64,000 bases of DNA. Source: Squalus acanthias (Eukaryota). Positions within the stretch are counted from its first letter, which is position 1; every line of letters starts with the position of its first letter. Where the stretch lies: positions 99,386,001 to 99,450,000 of the forward strand of contig CM059426.1 in assembly GCA_030390025.1 (NCBI GenBank), written 5' to 3'. This document shows, one piece after another, positions 48,596 through 60,713 of the stretch. A program made the position numbers and the translations under genes. The notes below the pieces were generated by a model, which worked only from the letters and a program-made list of their open reading frames with translations, had not been told where the DNA came from and searched no databases.

Positions 48596-51500
48596 AAGAA
48601 AATGAAAGAAAAATTAGTGGAGAAAAGAAATCAGATCATTAGGACACCTTTAAAAATGAGCTACTTATTATAATTCACATCCTATCCTTTCATTATTTCT
48701 CTCAGTCTTTGATTATGATTTTTTATTTAAACAGAGCCTACTCATGACATCAATAAAGCAATTACTGAGGCTGAATGTAAAGGAGCTAGTTTAACTTCAG
48801 TAGAAATAGTGAAAAATCTAGGGATGTCTTAGTATTAACAGTATGTTGATTCTGTTCCCTCACACTGTCATGCCAGTAAACATCCAAGCTAAAGCCCCCA
48901 AGGATGTTGTTGACACTTGCTTAATAACATGGTGATGCAATCTTAAACCAGTCATGCCTGCTTCAAGAAATGTTAAACTTTAAGTCAAAATAATCAACTA
49001 TGCAAAGAATAATTTTTGCTAAAGTTTGTGCAGATTCAGGAATATGATACAGAAAGAACTTATAATGGCAAACAGGACGAGCTTTTAATTTTGAGTGGGC
49101 TGTTCTAGGAAGGTAGTGTGCCTGAAAAATCCTTAATTGACAAATACAGGCTTTCTAAATAAAAGTCTTGATACTCTAATTATAAAGTAGGAACACTGAG
49201 CATAGTTTCTATTTAAGAAACAAAAAGCAAGTGAGTGATATTGGTGATACTGTGTAGCTAAAACATAGCTCACAAAATGATAGCCAAATGTCGCATTATT
49301 TTTAAATGCTGGTGCCGGCCACAAAATCTAAATTGTCATAAACCTTGCTTGAGGCACTGATGACATCTCTTCAGTAGATAGGCTGGATAATCAGAATATT
49401 TCTTAAAGGTGAACTTCATGTATCCCCTAGATAAATGCTGGATATATTTTTAAAATAAAATTGAATTCTTATTTTAATAATCCCAGCTGCAGTTTTCTTC
49501 CATGTGCTCAGACTTACATTAGAATTGGGAAGTGTCTGACTTGAGATTTCTCTGAGGCTTTCTGCGCTTCCAGCAACCACATTGTTACTTACTATTGTTG
49601 CCTCCAGCTGCACTCCGCCGTTATACTACCAAATATATTAATGGAATCGGGCTATTTAAAGAGGACTGTGAGCTGCTTTCTCTGCTGTGTACTTATGAAA
49701 ATTGAGTTTTTTTGGTTTTTTTTTTGTGTATTTTCTCCATCCCTGTGTTTAGAATTATACATCTGCTGCTTAGCAGTATGGTGGGAATATTGCCTCATTA
49801 CATCTGTATTCATTGTGCTGGGGTCATTTAGTATGGTGACTATGATAGGGATTTGGTATCTGCACAGGGCTTTTTAAACATTCAGTACATCTGCATCACA
49901 ACTATAAGCATGCACTGAGTTATTTTAGGAAAGCTAATTGTTATATTAAAATAAATTCAGATTAATGTCAGCTTGCTTCAGTTGATAGCATTCCCATCTC
50001 AGAATCAAAAGCCCATTCAGGAACTTCAGCATATAACCTTTGTTAGCACTTCAATCTTACTAAATCTTGCTAAAATCGAACATACCAGATTGGATGCATA
50101 AAATCTTCGAACATAAGAAGATTGAGATCTAACCTAAGGGCTGGTGGCCTTTTCTCATACTTGACATTTTCTTATAACAGACTCTATTTGGTCATTCAGC
50201 TTGTTCCAAATATCCCTGCACTGGACCTTTTTCTCTCCAAGGTGCTCAGAGCTAAACCCATATCACTCCAGTCCCTGCTGAATCAAGATCTGCTCCATTC
50301 TTTTTTTTATGAATCACCGACTATGCTTTATTTTTTCTGCACTCGGAGGCAGATTTGCTTCACCCATCAATCACATGCCGATGCCTTTACCCCAACAGCC
50401 ATCCACGTTTCAACTATAGCAAAAGAAATTGAAACAGACATTTAAAAAAATGCTTGAATGGAAAGGCATTATGTTACTATAATGATTGAAGCCCTTGAAG
50501 CTCCAATACGTAATATTTTCCCGTGTAATTTGTGCAATAAAAGAAAGACCAGGTTAGAATATAGGGCACATAAAAACATTCACATGGTCTTATCAGAGCC
50601 CCTTAGTTATTTGACAGGTATTGCATGTTGGTGTATATATTATAGATATGTATAGAAAGAATGCTTCAGTTTTTATATATTAGATAATATTCAACATAAT
50701 GTATGTTTAATAGAGCAGAACGGTTTCAAAAAGTATAACTCAAGCTAGGATTAATCAGTGTTACACTGCATCACTCTAGGAGGTGCTAAAGTATCGCAAA
50801 TAAGTCAACCAACACTACACTATTGGAGCATTCCTGTAGGTATTGTGATTTGCTTGCCCTTGTAAAAGTATGCAGAACAGGCATGTTGTTGTCAGTCGCT
50901 GACAGACACTGACTAATGGTACTCTGGACAAATATTCTGAATTTCATACATCATAATGCAGGAAACTCATTGCAATTGATTTCTGAAAGCTTGTATCATG
51001 TACTAGCTATCTGGCTTGTGCTGGTGCTCATTCTTGGTTCCTAATACAGCCCCGATAGTGTGGCCTCTCATTATACTACATTTATTGAAGCAACATTCTT
51101 GCATCGAGGTATGACGGAATTCCTGAGCCCCAGAGAGATGATGCAGTTGTCAGTTCATTTATCAGAAACAAGCCCGAGTTTATTTACTCGCACCAGTTCC
51201 ACTGTGACGTGCAGATTAAATTGTGCTTCAGAGCGAAGAATGCTGCAGCTCAATGATAGCTTCATTGTGTATTGCAGACTATACACTAAGGGTGCAACAA
51301 TCCTGCAACTGTTGTCAATTGTTACCCATGAATAATCACTGAACATTAGTCTTTATTCTGTGAGCATAATTGGTCATTTCAACATTTCACATGTGCAAAA
51401 AGCTGAAATAATGTGTAACAATGAATTTAAGGAGGCACTTAATGTTTTACTCAGACATAGATTGTAGCTTCTTTTATCAGTTTAAAAGACTGTATTAACT

Positions 51501-52523
51501 CACTTACATCTATTGCATGATTGACTTAGAGGTCATTTACACTCATGATAGAACTGCTGTAAATTAGCATTGCCAGTGCTGTACTAACACCAATCCATAA
51601 TGACTCCTATTACCTCTGTGGGTCCCATTTACGTTTTCTTGCTTTTTTTCCCCTCACTATCTGTCAGTTAAGAGTCATTTTGTACAGTTTTAACTTGGAG
51701 GGTTGGGCATTTAAAAGAAATGCTATTTACATGTTTGAAATGGGCCCAAATGGCACATGCAAAATGATCTGCTCAAGCATTCGTTTATGTTTTTTTGTTA
51801 AATGCAGCAGTTTTAAGTCTGTCAGCTTCTCTATCTCAGCAATTTTTAACCCAATGTAACAAATCTTTCATTTTCTCTTTATTTCTCTAAGGCTGGCACT
51901 CTTTCCTATCTGTATTCTTCTTCTCATTCTAGATTAGGAGATGGTGATCTTAGGCCTTCGGTCAAGTCTGCAAAGCAGTGCAGCTCACTTAGGCCGCAAT
52001 TTTTATTCAGCTGAGGGGATGGGTTTGGAGGCGGGTCTGTTGCGAAAATCGGAGAAATTGGGGGCGGGCTGCAAACCCGCCTCCATCCCGCCTCCGCGCA
52101 ACTTTGGAAAGTGTCAGGTCAGCCGCTCCTGAACTGACCCGACACCAAACGGCGGAACAGGTTGTGAAGGCAGTTAACAGGTCGTTAACTGCCTGGATAA
52201 TCCTATTTTAAAGGGCTGATCAGATTTTCAAGGTTTTTCAACATGCCTTCATTAAAACACTCCAGGTGAATCAAGCCGGGTTGACCTAGGACCTGATTTG
52301 GTGCCATTTGCTCGAGCAGTTTAAAAGCGGTCCTGCAATCTCTCATTCTTTCACATGCCACAACTTAGTGGTTTGAGGTTTTGGAGACATTTAGCAGCTC
52401 TACCAATCTTGTGAGTGTTGAGGCTGAAATCCATCTGCTGTGTGACCTCCTTGGAATACCCTCTGGCCACTTTGTCTGAGCGCACACAACCTCCATTGCT
52501 CGACTGAGATATATAGCAGCGGT

Positions 52524-53777
52524 ATGGGAACCATTTATATCCTCTCATCCTGATTGTCAGATTCGGAGGAACAGCAGCCGCGGCATCAGCGCAACCAGGC
52601 ACAACAGCAGCACCAACAGCAGGAGCGCCAACCTTCTCCTCAGCCACTTGATGCTGCACAGGGCAGAGGGCGTCAGCACAGGGCTGCACATCGCCGCAGG
52701 AGAAACCACCAACACCGGGTTTATGGGCATAGGATGAGCTTCCACAACATGAGTGAGCAGCAGTGCCAAAGGAGGCTGAGACTTTTGCGAGAGGTAGTCG
52801 CTGACATCTGCACAATGCTGCACCAACACCTGGAGCCCAGAGGAGCGGGTGGACACTCCTTACCAATGGCTGTCAAAGTCACCACCGCCCTCAACTTCTT
52901 TGCTTCGGGCTCCTTCTAGGGATCATCTGCAGACATCAGCGGCATCTCCCAGTCAGATGCACATGCCTGCATCACGCAGGTTACCGATGCCCTCTTTGCA
53001 AAGTCGCACAATTACATCTAATTCTCCACGGATGAAGCAAGTGTAACCTCGCGTGCGGTTGGCTTTGCAAATATGGCAGGCTTCCCAAGGGTGCAGGGCA
53101 TCGTAGACTGCACACATGTGGCCTTAAGGGCACCCCATCACAACCCAGCTGTATTTGTCAACCGCAAGGGCTTCCACTCCCTTAACGTCCAGCTGGTGTG
53201 TAACCACAGGAAGAACAACATGCATGTTTGCGCAAAGTACCCTGGCAGTTGCCATGGCTCCTTCATCCTGCGGCAGTCTACTGTGCCTCAGCTCTTCAAT
53301 CCACCAACCCAACTTTCTGGATGGCTACTTGGCGACAAGGGCAATCCCCTGAAAAAGTGGCTCATGTCACCGATAAGGAGGCCATGAAACGAGGCTGAGG
53401 AGCGGTACAATGTGAGTCACATTTCCACCAGAAGCATCATAGAGCAAACCATCAACTTGCTCAAAATGCGATTCCGATGCCTCGACAGATCTGGTGGAGC
53501 CCTGCAGTATGCACCAGCCAGGGTCTCCAGAATCATTGTGGTCTGCTCTGCCCTGCACAACATCGCACAGCAGCGTGGCTTAGCGTTCCCTGAGGAACAA
53601 GTGGCAGAGCGCAGAGCATCCTCGGAAGAAGAGGGGGAGGAAAAGGAGGAGGAGGAGAACGAGGACGAGGATGAGGAGGCATGCCTTGGGGTTGGAGTTG
53701 TGGCCAATGCGGCAGCACTCGAGCACATTGCTGGCCGCCACGCAAGGTATGCACTCATCCATGCCAGATTCACGTAA
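52524..53777 (+). pseudogene. Harbinger DDE transposase (HARBI1-like), 4 in-frame stops
   Basis: Single frame with stops at 52551, 52917, 53019, 53385; motifs [53 protein letters not shown]. Confidence 0.93.
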
Positions 53778-54088
53778 GCTTACGCTTCAACCACAGGTGG
53801 CTAGCATATGGCTATGAATGTGTGGACGACATTCTTAAAATGCCATACATCATCTCTCCAATAAACGGTGCTTTCCTATCACTCTCAGCGTCATCATTAC
53901 AAATCGAAGTCGCCCTGAGGCCTCAATGTGTAACTTCCATTTCCCAGAACACATAGGCCAGACCTTCAACTGTTTGCCATAACTTTTGTTTACTACATTC
54001 ACAAAAGCATGACAATGCAAAATATTAAACACAACCAAACACAACAGAATAAAACATCCAAGTGACTCCCCTTGTGACTACTTGTGCT

Positions 54089-56018
54089 TTATCTTTCTCT
54101 TACGTGTGCTTCTACGTGGTGCTTCCCCTGTGACTTCAGCAGATGTAGAGGCACCTTGCTGACTTTGATGCTGCGCCTGCTTAGACACCTTTGGCGGGCA
54201 TCATCTGGGTTTGGGAGCCTGGGAGGGCTCTGCAACAGTCTGCTTTTCCTGCGGCTTGCAGGGGCTGAAACGGCCATCTCAGTTAGGTGTGCAATGTGGG
54301 TCTCTGAGCGAGGGCTCCGCAGTGACATGGTCGTGTGAGCGCTTGCAGAGGAGCCCACACTTCCTTGTTGCCTGCCACCAACATCCCACTCATGGGTCAG
54401 CCACACTTCAGGGCTAGCAAGTGGCTGGAGAGCACCTTGCTGCACATCAGGGGGGCCATGAGGACCCGTATCTGTACTGGCAGTCCTCATAACAAGGATG
54501 TCCATGAAGCTCTGGCGTCTCTCCTCAATAGATGCCCATCTCTCCTCCATAGCTCTATTGCAGACAATCTATTTTGAAGAGTCACCATGTTTTCGTGAGT
54601 CCGGCGACTTATGTCCTCCATTGCGGTTGCCACCCTCTCCATGGCAGAACGTTCATGCGCCATTACCTCCACAAAGGCAGTGCTCATGTTAGAGATGGAC
54701 TCCTCCATTCTCTGCACACTCGCAGTTACCCTGGATGCAAACTCTGTCAGAGACTCCTGCACTTGTTCCTGGGGTTCCTGGATGGCCCCAGAGGCACAGC
54801 GTCTGCATGCAGTTGAGCAGAGCTAGGAGAGTCCTGCGACCTCCGAAGAGGACTTTCCACTGCTTTCGCTGTCTCCACCATCTGCAGATGCTCACTTGTG
54901 AGCTGTGATACACCAGGTGACAACACTACTCTATGTCGCGAAGGCCCCGCTGAGGTGTGCGTTTCTGCGCTGGTGCTGGGTACGCTGAGTAATGCTGACG
55001 CTGCTCCCTCAGAGGCTGCAGTTTCCTCTGAGGAGTCATCCGGCTCTTCCTCCTGGACAGTGGAGAGGGCGGCTCTCAATGGTCCTGTGGGAGAGTAAAG
55101 GATTGAGTTAGACATTTGATTTTGAGGTAGCAGACACATCCTTTTGTGCAGATCATACAAAGCGAATCTCTATGAACATCATATGCCATTGCAGTCAATC
55201 ATTAAATTTAAATGAGAGGGATGAAACTGTATTCTGTCACCAGCTTCATCTAGTGCTCCCGTCTCTCCATCCCCCACTTCCAGCTCCTCGCCACCTCCAA
55301 CAATTTTGTGCGCAGCCTCCTCAGCACTTGTCAATGTCGCGAGGGATTGTGGGCCTCCTCCTGTCTGTGCTCTCCCTCTTATTGTGGGCTATCTTTTCCT
55401 TCAAGGAGCAACACAAGTGGAGTTTCAGCGAGATTGATGGAGTGACTGTGAAGAATCCATAACATAGAAGCTTAGAGGGAGACCAAGATGGAGTGAGGTG
55501 CCAAGAGGAAGCTAGCTCCCTGTGCGTTGTTAGTTGTTGTCAATGCATAACAGTGAGAGCGAGTCTGAGGGGTGCATAGGCAGGATGGTGAGGTGATTCA
55601 ATACAGAGAGAGAGATGGATAGGTGAGGGTGCAAGGGAAGTAAGGGTAAGGTGGGATGTGGAGGAGCAGGCTTACAAAGCAGAGTGTTGGTGATGAGAAG
55701 AGAAGGGAAGCAGATTGAAGGTAAGTGTGATGGGATACTCACTTTTGATGATCGCAGAAGATCATTAAAGCGTTTCCTGCGTTGGATCCAAGTGTGTGAA
55801 CAAACGGACCTTGCGCTGACCTCCTCAGCAATGTGCAGCCAGGCTGCCTTGGTTTGCTGAGGAGGCTTCCTCCGGCCATCGGGACGAAACAGAATCTCCC
55901 TGCGCCCTCTTACTCCCTCCACAAGAGCTTGGAGGGAGTTCTCATTGAAGTGTGGAGCTGCCTTCGATTTCGATGCACTTATTGTGGCCTTGCTACATTC
56001 ACACACCAGCAGAATCAA
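54089..56018 (-). pseudogene. Harbinger Myb/SANT (trihelix) DNA-binding protein, 3 exons
   Basis: Exon 1 APHFNENSLQALV...AWLHIAEEV...WIQRRKRFNDL ends 55743 (GTGAGT); exon 2 55398-55241 (EKIAHN); exon 3 from 55084 (cccacag acceptor); start codon uncertain; lesions present. Confidence 0.85.
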
Positions 56019-56256
56019 GAAATGAAAGGCTGAGGCTGCATGGGGCCTTTAAAAACATCTGCACTAATGACATCATCAGAGGCGACTAACAGACCCAATC
56101 CCAGTCATTGGACCGGCTAGCGCGCACCACTGCACTTAAGGGGCCAATTAAATTAAAATTTCAACTGGGGAGCGGATGCAGCCGGCAGCGGGTCCGGACC
56201 CCGCCCACCAGGCAACCCGACTCTAACCCGCCTCCTCAATTAAAATCACAGCCACA

Positions 56257-56740
56257 GGGCTAGAAATTTGGTATGTTAGTGCCTGCTGTTAGCGCTTGGC
56301 GGGAGCGCTAAGGGGTTAGCGCCTGGGCACGGCGAATGCAGCGATGCCCGTGAACTTCAATGGCCGTTTAGCGCTGGTGCTAACTCTTAGCACCTGGGCC
56401 TCTATCGCCTCGCAGATCATGACATCATAAAGTGTGCAGTGCCCCGTTATCGCCCCGGAATGAAAATTCACTCGCGCCCCCTGCTTTATCGCCTCACACC
56501 GACAACGCCAGCAAGAGGAGGCGTTGTGAACTCGGCTGGTCGCTTCGGGAGCAGTAATTAAAGGGAATGCTTTTCAGCTAGTGGGACCTTTATTATTTGC
56601 ACCAGTCTGGTGCCTGCGCAAAGTTTTTAATAATGTTTCATTGGTGCACAATGTCCAAGCCCTCCACTTTGTGAGAGTGTTTGGGGCTGTAATGGCAGTC
56701 GCCCAGGTCGCCTTGCAAAACAGAACTGACGACAACTAGC
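56257..56740. mobile_element. Partial GC-rich MITE related to 8382-9121
   Basis: gggctagaaatttgg end, tagcgc repeats, atgacatcat motif. Confidence 0.6.
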
Positions 56741-57216
56741 TTGTGCAGCATCATCAGCCAAACAACTGGTTAAGCTGAACCTTTCTGGTTAATGAGTTAG
56801 ACAGAACTGTGATTGCTATTGCAACATAGTCACTACAGAAAGAGCTAAATGCTTGTTGCAGGCTTTTTGGAGAATTAGCCTGACCTATAGATGACAAAAA
56901 CTGGCCTTAAAAGTATTGCAAGAGATGAGCAGCACTCATCAGTTAACAGTCTTTAACCTGCTACCACTCAAAATGTTGCAGTTATTCCTGATATTTCTTC
57001 CAGAACTCTTAGAATATTCATCAGCTGAGGGAACTTTAGGTTTTGGATATCAAGTCTGCTGCTTCTCTAATACTCTCAGTGGTAAGTTTCGCTTCATGGA
57101 ATCTGTAGTCAATTTAACATACAGAAGCAGTCAGTCCTTCTCCTTGGAATCATTTTGATGCAGCAGCTGGTGCTGTTGAAGACAGAGAAACCTGCCTCCA
57201 CTAGACCTTGACGTTT

Positions 57217-57256
57217 CCTTACCTGAGGGGAAGACAGAAACAAGCACTGGTCAGGC
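57217..57256 (-). promoter_or_regulatory. Candidate splice acceptor/donor junction (recursive-site-like)
   Basis: Minus strand cctgaccagtgcttgtttctgtcttcccctcag|gtaagg. Confidence 0.4.
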
Positions 57257-57723
57257 GCTTGTTGCGTTTGCTTGCCTCACATTTGAAAGTAAGTTGCCAA
57301 AGGCTGGAGATGGAGTGATAGGGTTCACTGAAGCAGTTCAGCTATCATTAAAATGTAGTTCAAGGACTAAAGAAACAAAATAGCAAGATCCGTACGTTTA
57401 CCATCTTATTACTGGTTAGTGACTGAAATTCTATGGGCCCAAAAACCTGTGGGTCTTTGATTCCATTGTAACTGCTGGGATCATAAGAACATAAGAACAT
57501 AAGAAATAGGAGCAGGAGTAGGCCAATCGGCCCCTCGAGCCTGCTCCGCCATTCAATAAGATCATGGCTGATCTGATCCTAACCGCCAATCTACTATCTA
57601 CTATCACAGAACCATCTCCTGCATCTAACAGAATTGCACACACGAAATAGGAGCAGAATCAGCCTACACGGTCCCTGGGCCCGCTCCACTACCCACAGGG
57701 CCATGACCGATCCGAACCTAGAC

Positions 57724-60675
57724 TCATGTCCAAATTCCTGCCCGCTCCCCGTAACCCTTAATGCCCTTTACTTCTAGGAAACTGTCTATTTCTGTTTTAA
57801 ATTTATTTAATGATGTAGCTTCTACAGCTTTTTGTGGCAGCATATTCCATGGACCTACCACCCTCTGAGTGAAGTAGTTCCTCCTCATCTCAGTTTTGAA
57901 AGAGCAGCCCCTTATTCTAAGACTATGTCCCCTAGTTCTAGTCTCACCCGTCATCGGGAACATCCTCCCCGCATCCACCCGATCCAACCCCTTCACAATC
58001 TTATATGTTTCAATAAGATCGCCTCTCATTCTTCTGAACTCCAATGAGTAGAGTCCCAATCTACACAACCTCTCCTCATATGACCACCCCCTCATCCCCG
58101 GGATTAACCGAGTGAACCTTTTTTGCACTGCCTCGAGAGCAAGGATGTCTTTCCTTAAGTAAGGACACCAAAACTGTATGCAGTATTCCAGGTGCGGTCT
58201 CACCAATACCTTGTACAACTGAAGCAATACCTCCCTATTTTTATATTCTATCCCCCTAGCAATGAAAGCCAACATTCCATTTGCCTTCTTAATCACTTGC
58301 TGCACCTGCATACTAACCTTTTGAGTTTCGTGCACCAGGACCCCCAGATCCCTTTGCACTTCAGTACTCTCCAGTTTCTTGCCATTAAGATAATAAATTG
58401 CTCTAGGATTTTTCCTGCCAAAGTGCATCACCTCACACTTTCCAGTGTTGTATTCCATCTGCCAAATCTCTGCCCACTTACTTAGCCTGTCTATGTCCCC
58501 TTGCAGGTTTTTTATGTCCTCCTCACTCACTACTTTCCCTCCCATCTTTGTATCATCTGCAAATTTTGATATGTTACACTTGGTCCCTTCCTCCAAATCG
58601 TTAATATAGATTGTAAAGAGTTGGGGACCCAGCACTGATCCCTGTGGAACACCACTAGTTACTGATTGCCAGTCTGAGAATGAACCATTTATCCCAACTC
58701 TTTGCTTTCTGTTAGATAGCCAATCCTCTATCCATGCCAGAATATTACCCCCAATCCCGTGATTTTTTACCTTAAGCAATAATCTTTTGTGTGGCACCTT
58801 GTCAAATGCCTTTTGGAAGTCTAAATACACTACGTCTACTGGTTCCCCTTTATCCACTCTATATGTTACTTCCTCAAAGAACTCCAGCAAATTTGTCAAA
58901 CATGACTTCCCCTTCGTAAAACCATGCTGACTTTGTCCTATTAAATTATGATTATCCAAATGTCCTGTTACTGTTTCCTTAATAATGGACTCCAAAATTT
59001 TACCTACCACAGATGTTAGGCTAACCGGTCTATAGTTACCAGCCTTCTGTCTACTGCCCTTTTTAAATAAGGGTGTTACATTAGCAGTTTTCCAGTCTGC
59101 CGGGACCTTAGCGGAATCCAGGGAGTTTTGAAAAATTATTACCAATGCATCTACAATCCCTACCGCCACTTCCTTCAAGACTCTAGGATGTAAGCCATCA
59201 GGTCCAGGTGATTTATCCGCCTTGAGTCCCATTATTTTACCGAGTACCACTTCCTTAGTGATTTTGATCGTGTTTAGCTCCTCTCCCCCTATAGCCCCCT
59301 ATTTGTCCAGTGTTGGGATATTCTTAGTGTCCTCTACTGTAAAGACTGATACAAAATATTCATTCAGTGTTTTTGCCATCTCCATATTTCCCACCATTAA
59401 TTTCCCGGTCTCATCCTCTAAGGGACCAACATTTACTTTAGCCACCCTTTTTCTTTTTATTTAACTATAAAAACTCTTACTATCTGTTTTTATATTTTTT
59501 GCTAATTTACTTTCATAATCTATCTTCCCTTTCTTAATCAATCTTTTTGTTATTTTTTGCTGCCTTTTAAAGTTTTCCCAATCCTCTGTCCTCCCACTAG
59601 ATTTTGCTACCTTATATGCCCTTGTTTTTAGTCGAATACTATCCTTAATTTCTTTACTTAGCCACGGATGACTGTCCTTTCTTTTACACCCTTTTCTTTT
59701 CAGTGGAATATATATTTTTTGGAAGTTGTAAAATAACTCCTTGAATGTACACCACTGATCATGTGTCGTCTTACCCTTTAATCTATTTTCCCAATCCACT
59801 CTACTCAATTCTGCTCGCATACCTTCATAGTCTCCTTTATTCAAGCTTAGCACGCTTGTTTGAGATCCAACCTTCTCACCCTCTAATTGAATATGGAATT
59901 CAACCATGTTATGGTCACTCATTCCAAGGGGATCCTTTACTAGGACATTTTTAATTAATCCTGTCTCGTTACACAGGACCAGATCTAAGGTTGCTTGCCC
60001 CCTGGTCGGTTCAGTTACATACTGCTCAAGAAACCCATCCCTAATACACTCAATGAACTCATCCTCAAGGCAGCCCTGCCCCATTTGATTTGTCCAATTA
60101 ATATGATAGTTAAAATCCCCCATAATTATAGATGTTCCCTTATTACATGCCTCAACTATTTCCTGATTGATACTCCGTCCAACAGAGTTGCAACTGTTCG
60201 GAGGCCTATAGACTACGCCCACTAGTGTTTTTTCCCCCTTATTATTCCTTATCTCCACCCAAACTGTTTCATTATCATGATTTTTTGACCCAATATCATT
60301 ACTCTGTATTACAGTGATTCCTTCCTTTATTAACATCGCCACCCCACCTCCCCTTCCTTCCTGCCTGTCCTTCCTGATCGTTAAATAACCTGGTATGTTT
60401 AATTCCCAGGCATTGTCACCCTGCAGCCATGTTTCTGTAATGGCCACAATATCATAACCATATGTAGTTATTTGTGCCATTAACTCGTCTATTTTGTTAC
60501 AAATGCTACGTGCATTCAGATAGAGAACTTTCAAATATGCTTTGTGGCACTTAGTTCCTGCTTTTTCACTTTTTACCACTTTACCTTTTACTCCACACAC
60601 TCTGTCCCTTCCTGCCACGCTCTGATTTGTGATTCCCCTACTGCTACCTATGTCTATGACCCTCTCTGTTGTCAT
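57724..60675 (-). pseudogene. CR1 ORF2 APE endonuclease-reverse transcriptase with one nonsense codon
   Basis: YLNARS, ITETW, GDFN, SDH, FADD; TAA at 59461-59463 where the sister copy has TAT. Confidence 0.95.
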
Positions 60676-60713
60676 TTTTATTTTTTGCTCTCTTGAAACC
60701 TCCCCCCCACTAA

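Larger units (their letters stand above)
51992..56253. mobile_element. Near-complete PIF/Harbinger DNA transposon (about 4.26 kb)
   Basis: TIRs ggccgcaatttt / aaaatcacagcc, convergent DDE nuclease and Myb/SANT genes; no clean TSD (TTA vs ACA). Confidence 0.9.

Noticed and set aside
51865-51935. Plus-strand pyrimidine tracts ending in AG as exon acceptors
   Set aside because: No matching donor or coding frame; such tracts are common in AT-rich DNA.
52524-53777. Domesticated HARBI1 host gene
   Set aside because: Four premature stops, and it lies between TIRs with a partner Myb gene, so it is a transposon copy.
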